NCBI GenBank assembly: GCA_028284265.1
Contig: JANQRZ010000024.1
Span: forward strand, 64,132-128,131
From: Rhodothermales bacterium
GTDB lineage: Bacteria; Bacteroidota; Rhodothermia; Rhodothermales; JANQRZ01
DNA: 64,000 bases
Direction of reading: 5' to 3'
In this document: positions 1 through 11,838 of the stretch, one piece after another
Layout of the letters: every line of letters begins with the position of its first letter
Position numbering within the stretch: position 1 is the first letter of the stretch
The notes under the pieces: model-generated
The model's database searches: none
The model's input: the letters and a program-made list of their open reading frames with translations, nothing else
What the model was told of the DNA's origin: nothing
Translations under genes and position numbers: made by a program

Positions 1-486
1 GAAGGCATCTGCCCGTGCCAAGTCGTCGGGTCCCACTGCATCAGCTAACCGCTTGCGTCTTGCCGCGACAGCGCTCTCCTCTTCAGCGTCTCGCTCCCAA
101 GCATCGCTGAAGACTCGGGGGAGTCGTTCGTGCAGGCCCGCAGCGACTGTGGCTTCCCACTCCGAGCCGTCGAACCATACTCCTCCACAGGTCCCACAGC
201 GGTCTATCCAAAAGCCACGGTCACCCCCAGAGCGGTAGCGAAGCATGATTCGACCATCCTGTGGACACAGCTTCGCGCGCTTCGCATCACCTACGTCGCC
301 GGTCACGACGGAGAGGTCAAGAACCTGCCTTGGCTCATGGCGGTCTCGCCAATCGAAGTAGAGGTCCGAAGGGAGGAATACACCGTGACCTTGGGAGCAT
401 CCGAATCCACGGAGTTCCGCCCCGAAGCCGTCTGCTCGGAATAGTGTGAGGCGCTCTAGCGGAGTGTCGCAGATCGGACAGTTCAT
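1..486 (-). CDS. Zinc-ribbon domain protein (zf-TFIIB-like), 3' end beyond window start
   Basis: This ORF is absent from the supplied track because it runs off position 1. Hand translation of the minus strand from the ATG (complement of 484-486) gives MNCPICDTPLERL...CSQGHGVFL...KLCPQDGRIMLRY...IDRCGTCGGVWFDGSEWE. That is two Cys-pair zinc-ribbon units carrying the C-x2-C-G-G-V-W-F-D signature. An in-frame TAA lies just upstream of the ATG, and 162 codons are open down to position 1. Confidence 0.5.
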   Translation of the reverse strand, partial: MNCPICDTPLERLTLFRADGFGAELRGFGCSQGHGVFLPSDLYFDWRDRHEPRQVLDLSVVTGDVGDAKRAKLCPQDGRIMLRYRSGGDRGFWIDRCGTCGGVWFDGSEWEATVAAGLHERLPRVFSDAWERDAEEESAVAARRKRLADAVGPDDLARADAF

Positions 487-556
487 TTACAAAGCTGTAG
501 GCAACTAGAAATTGAGTATTGAGCGGACGCAATGTAACCAGACACGTTGCATCGGG

Positions 557-1471
557 TCACGCGAGCGCTGGTCGCCGTGCACGGCGCATCAGGAACAGGC
601 CGCCGAGGATGAGCGCCCCGCCGAGCAACTGGAACAGCGTCACCGGCTCGCCCAAGAGCAGCGCCCCGCTGGCGAGCGCCACCACCGGCACAAGGTTGCT
701 GTAGATCGCCGTCTGCGACGGGCCGACGCGCTGCACCGCCGCGTTCCAGAACCAGTACGCCACGCCCGTCGAGAGCGCGCCGGAGAAGACGAGTGCGCTC
801 CACACGATCCAGTCCACGCCGCCCCAGTTCACCGCGTCGAGGTCGGACAGGCCGAGGCCCCAGAGGATGGGGAGGGCGAGGGCGATGCCGAAGAACGCGA
901 GGCCCGTCGCCGAGATGCCGGTGCCGAGGATCGGTCGGCTGAGGACGGTGTAGGCCGCCCACGTCACCGCCGAGCCGAGCATCAGCAGGTTGCCGAACAG
1001 CGTGTCCTCCGAGAATGCGACAGCGTCGGTCCCGGCCAGCACCACGAGTGCTACGCCGACGAGCGAGAGGCCCAGCCCGCCCCACGCGCCGAGCGGCAGG
1101 TGCTCCATCCCGAGGATTTGGGCCAGCACCGCCGTCCACATCGGAGCCGAGGCGATGATGAGCGCCGCACTCCCCGCGCTCGTCGCGTCCACGCCGACGA
1201 TGAAGAACCACTGGTAGCAGACATACCCCAGCAACCCCAGCCCGACGACCGTCCACGGGTGCTCGCGAAGCGGTGCCCAGAACGCGCCCGGTCGTCCGCG
1301 CGACTGCCACGCGTGCAGCGCCCCAAGCACCACCGCCGACGCGACGAACCGGAGGGCGTTGACCACGTAGGGCGGCATCGGCTCCAACGCCACCTTGATG
1401 ATCGGGAAGTTGAGGCCCCAGATGACGACAGTAATGAGGAGCGCGAGATCGGCAGAGCGGCGGGTGAGCAT
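557..1471 (-). CDS. EamA/DMT-family permease
   Basis: The 557..1627 ORF is a polytopic membrane protein with duplicated EamA-like halves (LLITVVIWGLNFPIIKVAL..., ...AYWFWNAAVQRVGPSQTAIYSNLVPV...). The start was moved to the internal MLTRRSADL (cat at 1469-1471) because the upstream extension is Arg/Pro-rich and non-membrane. An alternative ATG is at 1570. Confidence 0.85.
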   Translation of the reverse strand: MLTRRSADLALLITVVIWGLNFPIIKVALEPMPPYVVNALRFVASAVVLGALHAWQSRGRPGAFWAPLREHPWTVVGLGLLGYVCYQWFFIVGVDATSAGSAALIIASAPMWTAVLAQILGMEHLPLGAWGGLGLSLVGVALVVLAGTDAVAFSEDTLFGNLLMLGSAVTWAAYTVLSRPILGTGISATGLAFFGIALALPILWGLGLSDLDAVNWGGVDWIVWSALVFSGALSTGVAYWFWNAAVQRVGPSQTAIYSNLVPVVALASGALLLGEPVTLFQLLGGALILGGLFLMRRARRPALA

Positions 1472-1604
1472 CGGCGGGGGAGAGAGGGAGCGGGCGGTAC
1501 GCCGGGCCGAGGGGGACGTTTCCGGCGGATAGCGAGATGCGCGCTCAACATTCGACGCTCGACGCTTCATGTCGTACTTTAAGTGCGGACCCTCGCCCGA
1601 TCCC

Positions 1605-1928
1605 ATGAAACAGGAAGGCATCCGCAAGCTCTATTACTCGATCAGCGAAGTCGCCCAGCTCGCCGACCTCGAAGCGCACGTCCTGCGCTACTGGGAGACC
1701 GAGTTTGAGGAGCTACGCCCGAAGAAGAACCGCGCCGGAAACCGGGTCTACACCGAGCGCGACATCGCCGTCGTGATGCGGATCCACCACCTGCTGCGGG
1801 AGGACAAGTACACCATCGAAGGGGCCCGGCAGGTGCTCGCCCGCGACGCGGCCCCGCCCGTCGCCACCGACCGCGAGGCGCTCCTAGCACTGCGTGCATT
1901 CCTAGAGAAGCTGTTGCACACGCTCTGA
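1605..1928 (+). CDS. MerR-family HTH transcriptional regulator
   Basis: YYSISEVAQLADLEAHVLRYWETEFEELRPKKNRAGNRVYTERDIAVVMRI is a classic MerR N-terminal HTH. The start was chosen at MKQEGIRKLY; the ORF opens at 1569. Confidence 0.75.
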   Translation: MKQEGIRKLYYSISEVAQLADLEAHVLRYWETEFEELRPKKNRAGNRVYTERDIAVVMRIHHLLREDKYTIEGARQVLARDAAPPVATDREALLALRAFLEKLLHTL

Positions 1929-1951
1929 GCATCAAACTATATTGCAGGCCA

Positions 1952-2026
1952 TCGGGAAGTAGCTCAGCCAGGTAGAGCACTCGGCTGGGGGCCGAGCGGT
2001 CGCAGGTTCAAATCCTGTCTTCCCGA
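1952..2026 (+). tRNA. tRNA-Pro (anticodon GGG)
   Basis: A cloverleaf was folded by hand. The acceptor is CGGGAAG/CTTCCCG, the D arm GCTC..GAGC, and the T arm GCAGG-TTCAAAT-CCTGT. The anticodon loop CTGGGGG has U33, GGG and G37. There is one extra nucleotide between the D and anticodon stems, and CCA is not encoded. Confidence 0.85.
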
Positions 2027-2051
2027 CCCGCGCTCTGCGCGTGACTCCCCG

Positions 2052-2086
2052 GCCCGGCCTCTTCTCCCACGAGGCCGGGCTTTTTT
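2052..2086 (+). terminator. Rho-independent terminator after tRNA-Pro
   Basis: The stem GCCCGGCC (2052-2059) pairs with GGCCGGGC (2073-2080) and is followed by TTTTTT (2081-2086). Confidence 0.7.
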
Positions 2087-2184
2087 GTGGCCGAACGCCA
2101 GCCAGCGGACGCGGGAAGGCCTGCCGCACTACCGGTCGTCGTGCGTACTTTCCACGTTCTGCCTCCCCGATTCGATGTGCTGTT

Positions 2185-5372
<3,188 letters not shown>

Positions 5373-5374
5373 CT

Positions 5375-5929
5375 ATGCTCGACGCGATCAAATCCAAGCT
5401 GGCCCGGCGCAGCGCGCTCAAACTTGCCGAGCGGCGCACCGTCCGTCCGTGGGCGTCCGATCCGGCGCAGCGGCGAGTGCTCGTCGTGCTTCCAGAGCAG
5501 GAGATCGAGGCGCGGGAGGTGTGGCGTTTTATTAAGACGCTCGGTATCTCGCCCCGGCAGATTACGCCCGTCGTACCGTCGAGTCTGGTGAGCTACGCCC
5601 CGGCGGATTTCATCGGGCGCGTAAAGCGGATGGACGAAAAGGCACTCAACCTGCTCGGCCTAGCCCGGCAGGAGTTCGCCGCCGACCTGTGGAACACCGA
5701 GCCGGACCTCGCCTTCTGCCTGACGCCGACGTTTGACCTCGCCGCTGCGACGCTGATCGGAGCCTCCCCGGCAGCGTTTCGGGTCGGTCTCTACGACAAA
5801 ACCGCCGAGCCGTTCTTCGATCTGATGGTCGCGGGTGGTGACTCGTTTAACGGGACGCTGCTGGCCCTGCGGAAGACGCTCGCCAGCATAGAGCCGCCGG
5901 TGCTGGCAGTGCCGCCGGACGAGGCGTAA
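5375..5929 (+). CDS. Hypothetical protein (conserved-looking, no family recognised)
   Basis: A 184-aa ORF sits tightly between ligA (2-nt gap) and the symporter (overlap at 5929). Composition looks coding, but no diagnostic motif was recognised. Confidence 0.5.
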   Translation: MLDAIKSKLARRSALKLAERRTVRPWASDPAQRRVLVVLPEQEIEAREVWRFIKTLGISPRQITPVVPSSLVSYAPADFIGRVKRMDEKALNLLGLARQEFAADLWNTEPDLAFCLTPTFDLAAATLIGASPAAFRVGLYDKTAEPFFDLMVAGGDSFNGTLLALRKTLASIEPPVLAVPPDEA

Positions 5930-7383
5930 TGCTGACCGGCCTCGACTATGCGGTGCTCGTCGTCTATCTCGTCGGCGTGCTGGGCTTCGGGCTGTGGGCC
6001 GGGGGGCGGCAGCAAACGACGACCGACTACTTCCTCGGTGGGCGCGATCTCCCGTGGTGGGCCGTGCTCTTTTCGATTGTGGCGACGGAGACGAGCACGC
6101 TGACCGTCATCGGCGTTCCAGCGGTGGCCTATGGCGGGTCGCTGCTGTTCCTGCAACTCACCTTCGGGTATCTGCTCGGGCGCGTCGTGGTGGCGGTGCT
6201 TCTGTTGCCGCGCTACTTCGATGGCGAGCAGGCGACGGCCTATGCGTTTCTCGGCGAGCGCTTCGGCGACGGGATGCGCGCGGCAGCCTCGCTCACGTTC
6301 ATGGGCACGCGCCTCCTCGCCGACGGCGTCCGCCTCTTCGCCACAGCAATTCCGCTCAAGGTCATCGCCGCGGCTGCCGGGTTGGACGTGTCGTATGCTA
6401 CCATCATCATCGCCATCGGCCTCGTCACCATCGCCTACACATTTGTCGGCGGGATCAAGGCGGTCGTGTGGATGGATGTCGTGCAGATGGGCGTCTACGT
6501 CGGCGGGGCACTCCTCGCGGTGGGCATCCTCCTCGGCGACGTACCGGGCGACTGGTGGAGCACCGCGAGCGCGTCGGGCAAGACGCAGGTGATTGATCTC
6601 GGCTTCGACCTGTCGTTCGCTGAGTGGATGGCGACGCCCTATACCTTGATCGTCGCGGTTGTTGGCGGGGCGTTCTTCTCGATGGCGTCGCACGGGGCGG
6701 ACCAACTCATCGTGCAACGGCTCTTGGCGTGTCGAAATCTGCGAGATGGGCAGCGGGCGCTCATCGGGAGCGGCGTCGTGGTGATCGGGCAGTTCGTACT
6801 CTTCCTGCTCGTCGGGCTGCTACTGTGGAGCTACTACGGCGGAGCGGACCTCGAAACCCTTGGCCTCGGTCGGGGCGATGAGGTGTTCCCGAAGTTTATT
6901 GTGGAGGAGATGCCGCCGGGCCTCGCGGGGTTGCTCTTGGCCGGGATCGTGGCGGCGGCGATGAGTACGCTCTCGTCCTCGCTCAATGCACTGGCGTCTT
7001 CGACCGTATTCGACCTGCGCGAGCGGTTGGGGCGGACGCCGCTCGGTGAGGACGCTGCGCTGCGCTTGAGCCGGTGGACGACGCTGGGGTGGGGCCTCGC
7101 GCTAATCGGTTTCGCCGCACTCTTCCAGTCGATGACCAATCCCGTCGTCGAGCTAGGGCTGGGGATCGCTTCATTCACCTATGGCGGCCTCTTGGGTGCT
7201 TTCCTGCTGGGGTTGGTGAGCCAGCGGGCGAGGCAGCGCGAGGCCCTCATCGCCTACGCTGCGACCCTCGTAGCACTCGGTTTCGGTGTGCAGACGGGCG
7301 TGCTCGCGTGGCCGCTCTACACCGCCGCCGGGGCGATGGTGACGGTGGGTCTCGGCGTGCTGCTCGGCTCAGGGCAGAGGTAA
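5929..7383 (+). CDS. Sodium:solute symporter family (SSF) transporter
   Basis: The protein has about 13 predicted TM helices. The N-terminal motif DYFLGGRDLPWWAVLFSIVATETSTLT is typical of SSF/SglT-PutP-like transporters. Confidence 0.85.
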   Translation: MLTGLDYAVLVVYLVGVLGFGLWAGGRQQTTTDYFLGGRDLPWWAVLFSIVATETSTLTVIGVPAVAYGGSLLFLQLTFGYLLGRVVVAVLLLPRYFDGEQATAYAFLGERFGDGMRAAASLTFMGTRLLADGVRLFATAIPLKVIAAAAGLDVSYATIIIAIGLVTIAYTFVGGIKAVVWMDVVQMGVYVGGALLAVGILLGDVPGDWWSTASASGKTQVIDLGFDLSFAEWMATPYTLIVAVVGGAFFSMASHGADQLIVQRLLACRNLRDGQRALIGSGVVVIGQFVLFLLVGLLLWSYYGGADLETLGLGRGDEVFPKFIVEEMPPGLAGLLLAGIVAAAMSTLSSSLNALASSTVFDLRERLGRTPLGEDAALRLSRWTTLGWGLALIGFAALFQSMTNPVVELGLGIASFTYGGLLGAFLLGLVSQRARQREALIAYAATLVALGFGVQTGVLAWPLYTAAGAMVTVGLGVLLGSGQR

Positions 7384-7500
7384 CAGCGAGTACGGGAGAA
7401 GGGTAGCGAGGCTGTTGCCCAACGCGCCAAACGTCTACCGTCCACTGTCCCGGTGTCGTACCTTCACGCAACCGCCGCATAGACCCAACCCCCTGAACGT

Positions 7501-10041
7501 ATGGGCATTCTGGAGCGACTGGGCCTGAGCCGCAAGGCGGGTCGACGCCCGAGCCGCGTCGGGCTTCAGCTTTCGACCGCGAAGCCGAAGCCGGGCCGTC
7601 GCATGACGCGCAACGAGGTGCTCGTGCGCGTCGGCATCTTCGGTGTGCTGCTGCTGCTCACGACGCTTGCGTTCCCGAACCTGGAGCCGTATGAGCAGGC
7701 CGCGCAGGTCCAGCCCGGCGACGTGTGGCAGCGGCAGGAGGTCATCGCGCCGTTCCGGTTCCCGGTTTACAAGAGCGACGAGCAGATCGCTGCTGAGCGC
7801 GACTCGGTTCGCTACGAAGAGCCGCCCCTGTTCATACGTGTGCCCGATGCCGTTTCGCAGACGGAGGCCGCCATCGACTCGCTCGATCAGCGCTTCGAGA
7901 CCTTGTTTCAGGCTTACGTGAACTGGCAGCAGAACCGCTCGCGGGGAGAGGATGAGGCAGCCCGGCGGGATTCAGTGCAGTATGTCGAGCGGCTTGCGGT
8001 TTTTCAGGACTGGCTGTCGAGTACCCAGATCGACCAACTTGTTGCGTCCTATGCAGCGCGTGCGGGTCTCGCCACAGCGTCGCGGGCCAATACGTCCGGC
8101 CCCGCGCTCCACGATCTCCTCATTAGTGCGGTTCGCACCGTGTCGAGCCGCCTGCTGCCGTTCGGGGTACTCGATGTGCCGAAGGACAGTGTGCTGACGG
8201 CGCAAATCACGCTCGTCGATGCGGAAGAACGAACGGAGACGCTCATCCCCAAGGAGGATGTCTACGGCCTCAACGAGGGCCTCACATCGATCCGAAATGA
8301 ACTGAGCATCCGCTTCCCAAACCGACCGGATGCGGTCGCCATCGGCCTTGAGATCGTCAATCGGACGCTTCGGACCTCGTTGCAATATCTGAGCGAAGAG
8401 TCGGAGGCGCGGTGGCAGGAAGAGGCGGAGGGCATCTCGCAGGTGACGGGGGTGGTGGAAGAGGGGCAGTCGATCGTGCGGCGCGGCGACCGGGTGACGG
8501 AGGAGGTGCAGCGTCAGCTTTACTCACTCTCCCGGATTCGGTCCGAGCAGCAGGGCAACGTCGGGCCACTTCGGATCATGCTTGGCGAGACGCTACTCTC
8601 GGTAGCGGCGTTTCTGATCTTCTTCCTCTACCTCTATCTGATGCGGCGGCAGGTGTTCTACGAGGCCCGCTACCTCATCTTGATCGGGCTGATCTTCGCC
8701 ACCATCATTGGGTTCTTCGGGGTTGCCGTCCGGCTTCCCGAAATTGCCGACCTCGCCGTGCCCGTAGGTCTCGCGTCGATTCTGCTCACCGTCATCTTCG
8801 ACTCACGGGTCGGGATGTTTGCCACGATCACACTGGCCTGCATCGGCGGGCTGATCTTCGGCTACAACTTCGAGTTCACGTTTGCCACCATTTTCGCCGG
8901 GATGCTCGCCGTCTTCAGCGTGCGCGACGTGAAGAACCGGAGCCAGATCATCCTGACCGCGGCGCTCGTTTTCGGGGCCTATCTACTTATCCTCGGCGGC
9001 TATTTCCTACTGCGCGCCGGGGGGACCGAGCAGTTTCTCTCAGACCTCTCGTTCATCGGCATCAACAGCATCTTGCTGCTGCTGGCCTACCCGCTGCTCT
9101 GGATTTTCGAGCGCACCTTCGGCGTGACGACGGACCTGACGCTGCTCGAACTCTCGGACACCAACCGACCGCTACTGAAGGAACTATCGCTCCGGGCACC
9201 TGGGACGTTCAACCACGTCCTACAAGTCGCCAACCTCGCCGAGGCCGCTGCCGATGTCGTGGGAGCGAATGCACTCCAGGCCCGAGTCGGGGCGCTGTAT
9301 CACGACATCGGCAAGATGGTCAAGCCGGAGTACTACATCGAGAACCAGCAGGGGGGTGAGAACCCGCACGACCGCGTGACGCCGTACATGAGCGCGCTCG
9401 TCATCGCCAGCCACGTCAAGGACGGGCTGGACCTCGCCCAGCAGGAGAACCTGCCCGAGGTGGTGAAGAACTTCATCCCGACCCATCACGGGACGACGAT
9501 GATGGAGTTCTTCTACCGCAAGGCCGAGGAGCTTCGCGGTCCAGACGATCCGCCGGTAGACGAGACGGAGTTCCGGTATCCCGGCCCGCGCCCACAGACC
9601 AACGAGCAAGGCATCGTGATGCTGGCCGACTCGGTCGAGGCTGCCAGCCGGAGCATCGAGAAGCCCACGCCGAAGCGGCTCGAAGGACTGGTCGATTCCA
9701 TCTTCCGCGCCCGCATCGAAGACGGTCAACTCGACGGTTGTGCGCTGACCTTCGCCGACCTGAACCGCATCAAGGAGGCGTTCCTCTCGATTCTCAACGG
9801 CATCTACCATCTGCGGGTGAAATACCCGGACCAGGACAAGATCATCGACGACGAGGTGGAAGGTGCGACCTCTACGCAGGCCACAGCATCCGCCACGGAA
9901 GGGAGCGAGAACGGAGGCGAGACTGTTGTTCCACCGCGTGCTCAGGATGTGCCCGTGCCTCGTTTCCCAGATTCGTCAATTGGCAAGGGGCCAAGGCGCG
10001 ACCAAGGGCCGTCCACGGAGGAGCGAGCCTCGTTGGGGTGA
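7501..10041 (+). CDS. 7TM receptor with intracellular HD/HDIG phosphohydrolase domain (PgpH/YqfF-like)
   Basis: A large N-terminal extracytoplasmic region is followed by a 7-TM block (about aa 360-560) and an HD domain with HVLQVANLAE...LYHDIGK...THHGT motifs. Confidence 0.85.
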   Translation: MGILERLGLSRKAGRRPSRVGLQLSTAKPKPGRRMTRNEVLVRVGIFGVLLLLTTLAFPNLEPYEQAAQVQPGDVWQRQEVIAPFRFPVYKSDEQIAAERDSVRYEEPPLFIRVPDAVSQTEAAIDSLDQRFETLFQAYVNWQQNRSRGEDEAARRDSVQYVERLAVFQDWLSSTQIDQLVASYAARAGLATASRANTSGPALHDLLISAVRTVSSRLLPFGVLDVPKDSVLTAQITLVDAEERTETLIPKEDVYGLNEGLTSIRNELSIRFPNRPDAVAIGLEIVNRTLRTSLQYLSEESEARWQEEAEGISQVTGVVEEGQSIVRRGDRVTEEVQRQLYSLSRIRSEQQGNVGPLRIMLGETLLSVAAFLIFFLYLYLMRRQVFYEARYLILIGLIFATIIGFFGVAVRLPEIADLAVPVGLASILLTVIFDSRVGMFATITLACIGGLIFGYNFEFTFATIFAGMLAVFSVRDVKNRSQIILTAALVFGAYLLILGGYFLLRAGGTEQFLSDLSFIGINSILLLLAYPLLWIFERTFGVTTDLTLLELSDTNRPLLKELSLRAPGTFNHVLQVANLAEAAADVVGANALQARVGALYHDIGKMVKPEYYIENQQGGENPHDRVTPYMSALVIASHVKDGLDLAQQENLPEVVKNFIPTHHGTTMMEFFYRKAEELRGPDDPPVDETEFRYPGPRPQTNEQGIVMLADSVEAASRSIEKPTPKRLEGLVDSIFRARIEDGQLDGCALTFADLNRIKEAFLSILNGIYHLRVKYPDQDKIIDDEVEGATSTQATASATEGSENGGETVVPPRAQDVPVPRFPDSSIGKGPRRDQGPSTEERASLG

Positions 10042-10066
10042 GTCGGAAGCAAGTATTGCTCGTCAA

Positions 10067-10984
10067 CTATCGCCGCATCGCGTTGCGGACACCGTCGAGC
10101 GAGGCTGGGTTGATGATGTGGCGTAGCGGAGCATGCGTGACATCGGCCAAGAGGGGGCGCAGTTTTCGGCGGGCCTGCGGGGTGAACAGCAGCAAGTCCA
10201 CCTCGTTGAACAAGTCCGCCAGTCGGTCGCGGTCGGCGTCGGTGGTGAGGGCGAGGGCGGTCCCGGAGAAGGCGGTCAGGGCGCGCAGTTCGGCCAGCAC
10301 GGGAGCGATGGCATCGTCGTAGCGGGTGACGACGCCGAGGGTATCGCCGGGAAGCAGGCGGGCGACGCGGGCGAGGGTTTCTGGCGGCGGATAGACCAGT
10401 ACGCTAACCGCTTCTCCTAGGGGTACGGCCTGCGCCGCGGTCTGAGCCGAGGCGTGCGGCGTCACGACGAGGTCGGCGTCGGTGTGCTGGTTGAGGGCAT
10501 CGAGTCGGACGGCTTCGACGCGCTCTTGGACGGCGGCGCTCACTTGCTCGGCGCAGGTCTCGGCCAGTTCCCGGTAGGGGGCAGCAAACACGATCTTCGG
10601 TCGCACGCCCGGGTCGTCGAGGAAGGCGAGTTGCTCTTGGAAGAGGTAGTCGATCTCCCCCTCGTCAAGGCCGAGGCCGATCAGTTTCTGGAGGACGTCC
10701 TGTACGATACCCGCCCCTCGCTCCATCCGGTCTGCGGCCGGAGCGGGCGTGCGCTCGACGACCGTGTAGCCACTGCCTTTGCGGGCGTCGAGCAAGCCCT
10801 CTGACTCAAGCTGCTGGTAGGCCTTGCGGACGGTGTGGAAGGAGACGCCCAACTGCTCGCCGAACGCCCGCGTCGAGGGGAGTCGCTCGCCCGGTCGGAA
10901 GCGTCCCGTGGCGAGGTGGAACCGAAGCTGCTCGGCGAGTTGCTCGACAATCGGCGTGCTGGCATCGCGGTCGAGCTGGATCAT
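10067..10984 (-). CDS. GntR-family transcriptional regulator with C-terminal ligand-binding-like domain
   Basis: The N-terminal winged HTH reads PGERLPSTRAFGEQLGVSFHTVRKAYQQLESEGLLDARKGSGYTV. Confidence 0.8.
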   Translation of the reverse strand: MIQLDRDASTPIVEQLAEQLRFHLATGRFRPGERLPSTRAFGEQLGVSFHTVRKAYQQLESEGLLDARKGSGYTVVERTPAPAADRMERGAGIVQDVLQKLIGLGLDEGEIDYLFQEQLAFLDDPGVRPKIVFAAPYRELAETCAEQVSAAVQERVEAVRLDALNQHTDADLVVTPHASAQTAAQAVPLGEAVSVLVYPPPETLARVARLLPGDTLGVVTRYDDAIAPVLAELRALTAFSGTALALTTDADRDRLADLFNEVDLLLFTPQARRKLRPLLADVTHAPLRHIINPASLDGVRNAMRR

Positions 10985-11133
10985 CCGGAGAATGCCGCGT
11001 GAGACAAAAGTGTGGGAGAGGCTGCAACTTGGAGTGGTTTGCCCCGAAAGACAGGGTGGCCCGAGTTGTCGCTGTCCTGCCTCCGATTGGCTCGGGTGCC
11101 GCCACCGCCAATCTACACCTATCGGAGGAATCC

Positions 11134-11763
11134 ATGCGTATCACCAACCTTCACCTCATCCCCGTACTGCTCGTCGCCGTGGCTCTGGTCGGCTTCGCGT
11201 TGCCGGACGTGCCCGACCGCCCGGCCAGCGAGCCTACGATGTTCGAGATCGACAAAGCGCACACCGTCATCGGCTTCAAGGTGCGCCACCTCGGCATCGC
11301 CAACGTCACTGGCACGTTTGCGGATTACAGCACCCGCGTCAAGCTCGATCCCGACGATCTCAGCACGATGGAAGTGGCCGCGCGGATCAGTGCCGAGAGC
11401 GTAGACACGGGCAACGAAAACCGGGACAACCACCTGCGCTCGCCCGATTTCTTCGAGGCTGAGACCTACCCCGACATTCGCTTTCAGAGCACCGAGGTGG
11501 TCGCCATCAACGGCAACGAGTTCGAGTTGGCCGGCGACCTTACGATCCGCGGCGTCACCAAGCGTGTCGTGCTCGAAGGCGAACTCATCGGCACGGCGAT
11601 CGGGCCGGGGGGCAAGCAGCGCGTCGGCATCGAGGCCGAGACGACCATCGACCGGCGTGACTTTGGTCTAGAATGGAACAACCTCACCGAGGCGGGCGGC
11701 ATCATCGTCGGTCACAACGTGAACATCTTCCTCGAGATCGAGGCCATTCAGGGGGGAGCCTGA
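11134..11763 (+). CDS. YceI-family periplasmic protein
   Basis: A signal peptide (MRITNLHLIPVLLVAVALVGFA) is followed by YceI motifs: IDKAHTVIGFKVRHLGIANVTGTF, ESVDTGNENRDNHLRSPDFF and GDLTIRGVTK. The ATG at 11134 is preceded by GGAGGA. Confidence 0.85.
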   Translation: MRITNLHLIPVLLVAVALVGFALPDVPDRPASEPTMFEIDKAHTVIGFKVRHLGIANVTGTFADYSTRVKLDPDDLSTMEVAARISAESVDTGNENRDNHLRSPDFFEAETYPDIRFQSTEVVAINGNEFELAGDLTIRGVTKRVVLEGELIGTAIGPGGKQRVGIEAETTIDRRDFGLEWNNLTEAGGIIVGHNVNIFLEIEAIQGGA

Positions 11764-11788
11764 TGTTGCTACCGAGGCAAAAAAGCAC

Positions 11789-11820
11789 GGGCGAGGAGTC
11801 ATGCCTCGCCCGCGCTTTTG
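11789..11820. terminator. Bidirectional intrinsic terminator between convergent genes
   Basis: GGGCGAGG (11789-11796) pairs with CCTCGCCC (11804-11811). An A-run lies upstream (CAAAAAAGC) and GCGCTTTTG downstream. The hairpin sits between the YceI (+) and SGNH hydrolase (-) gene ends. Confidence 0.6.
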
Positions 11821-11838
11821 CATGTCTGGAGTTCGGTG

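Noticed and set aside
512-1582. 356-aa plus-strand ORF (and 483..1310 on the minus strand) overlapping the EamA transporter
   Set aside because: These are alternative frames or the antisense of a clear 10-TM permease. The translations are extremely Arg/Glu/His-rich and not protein-like.
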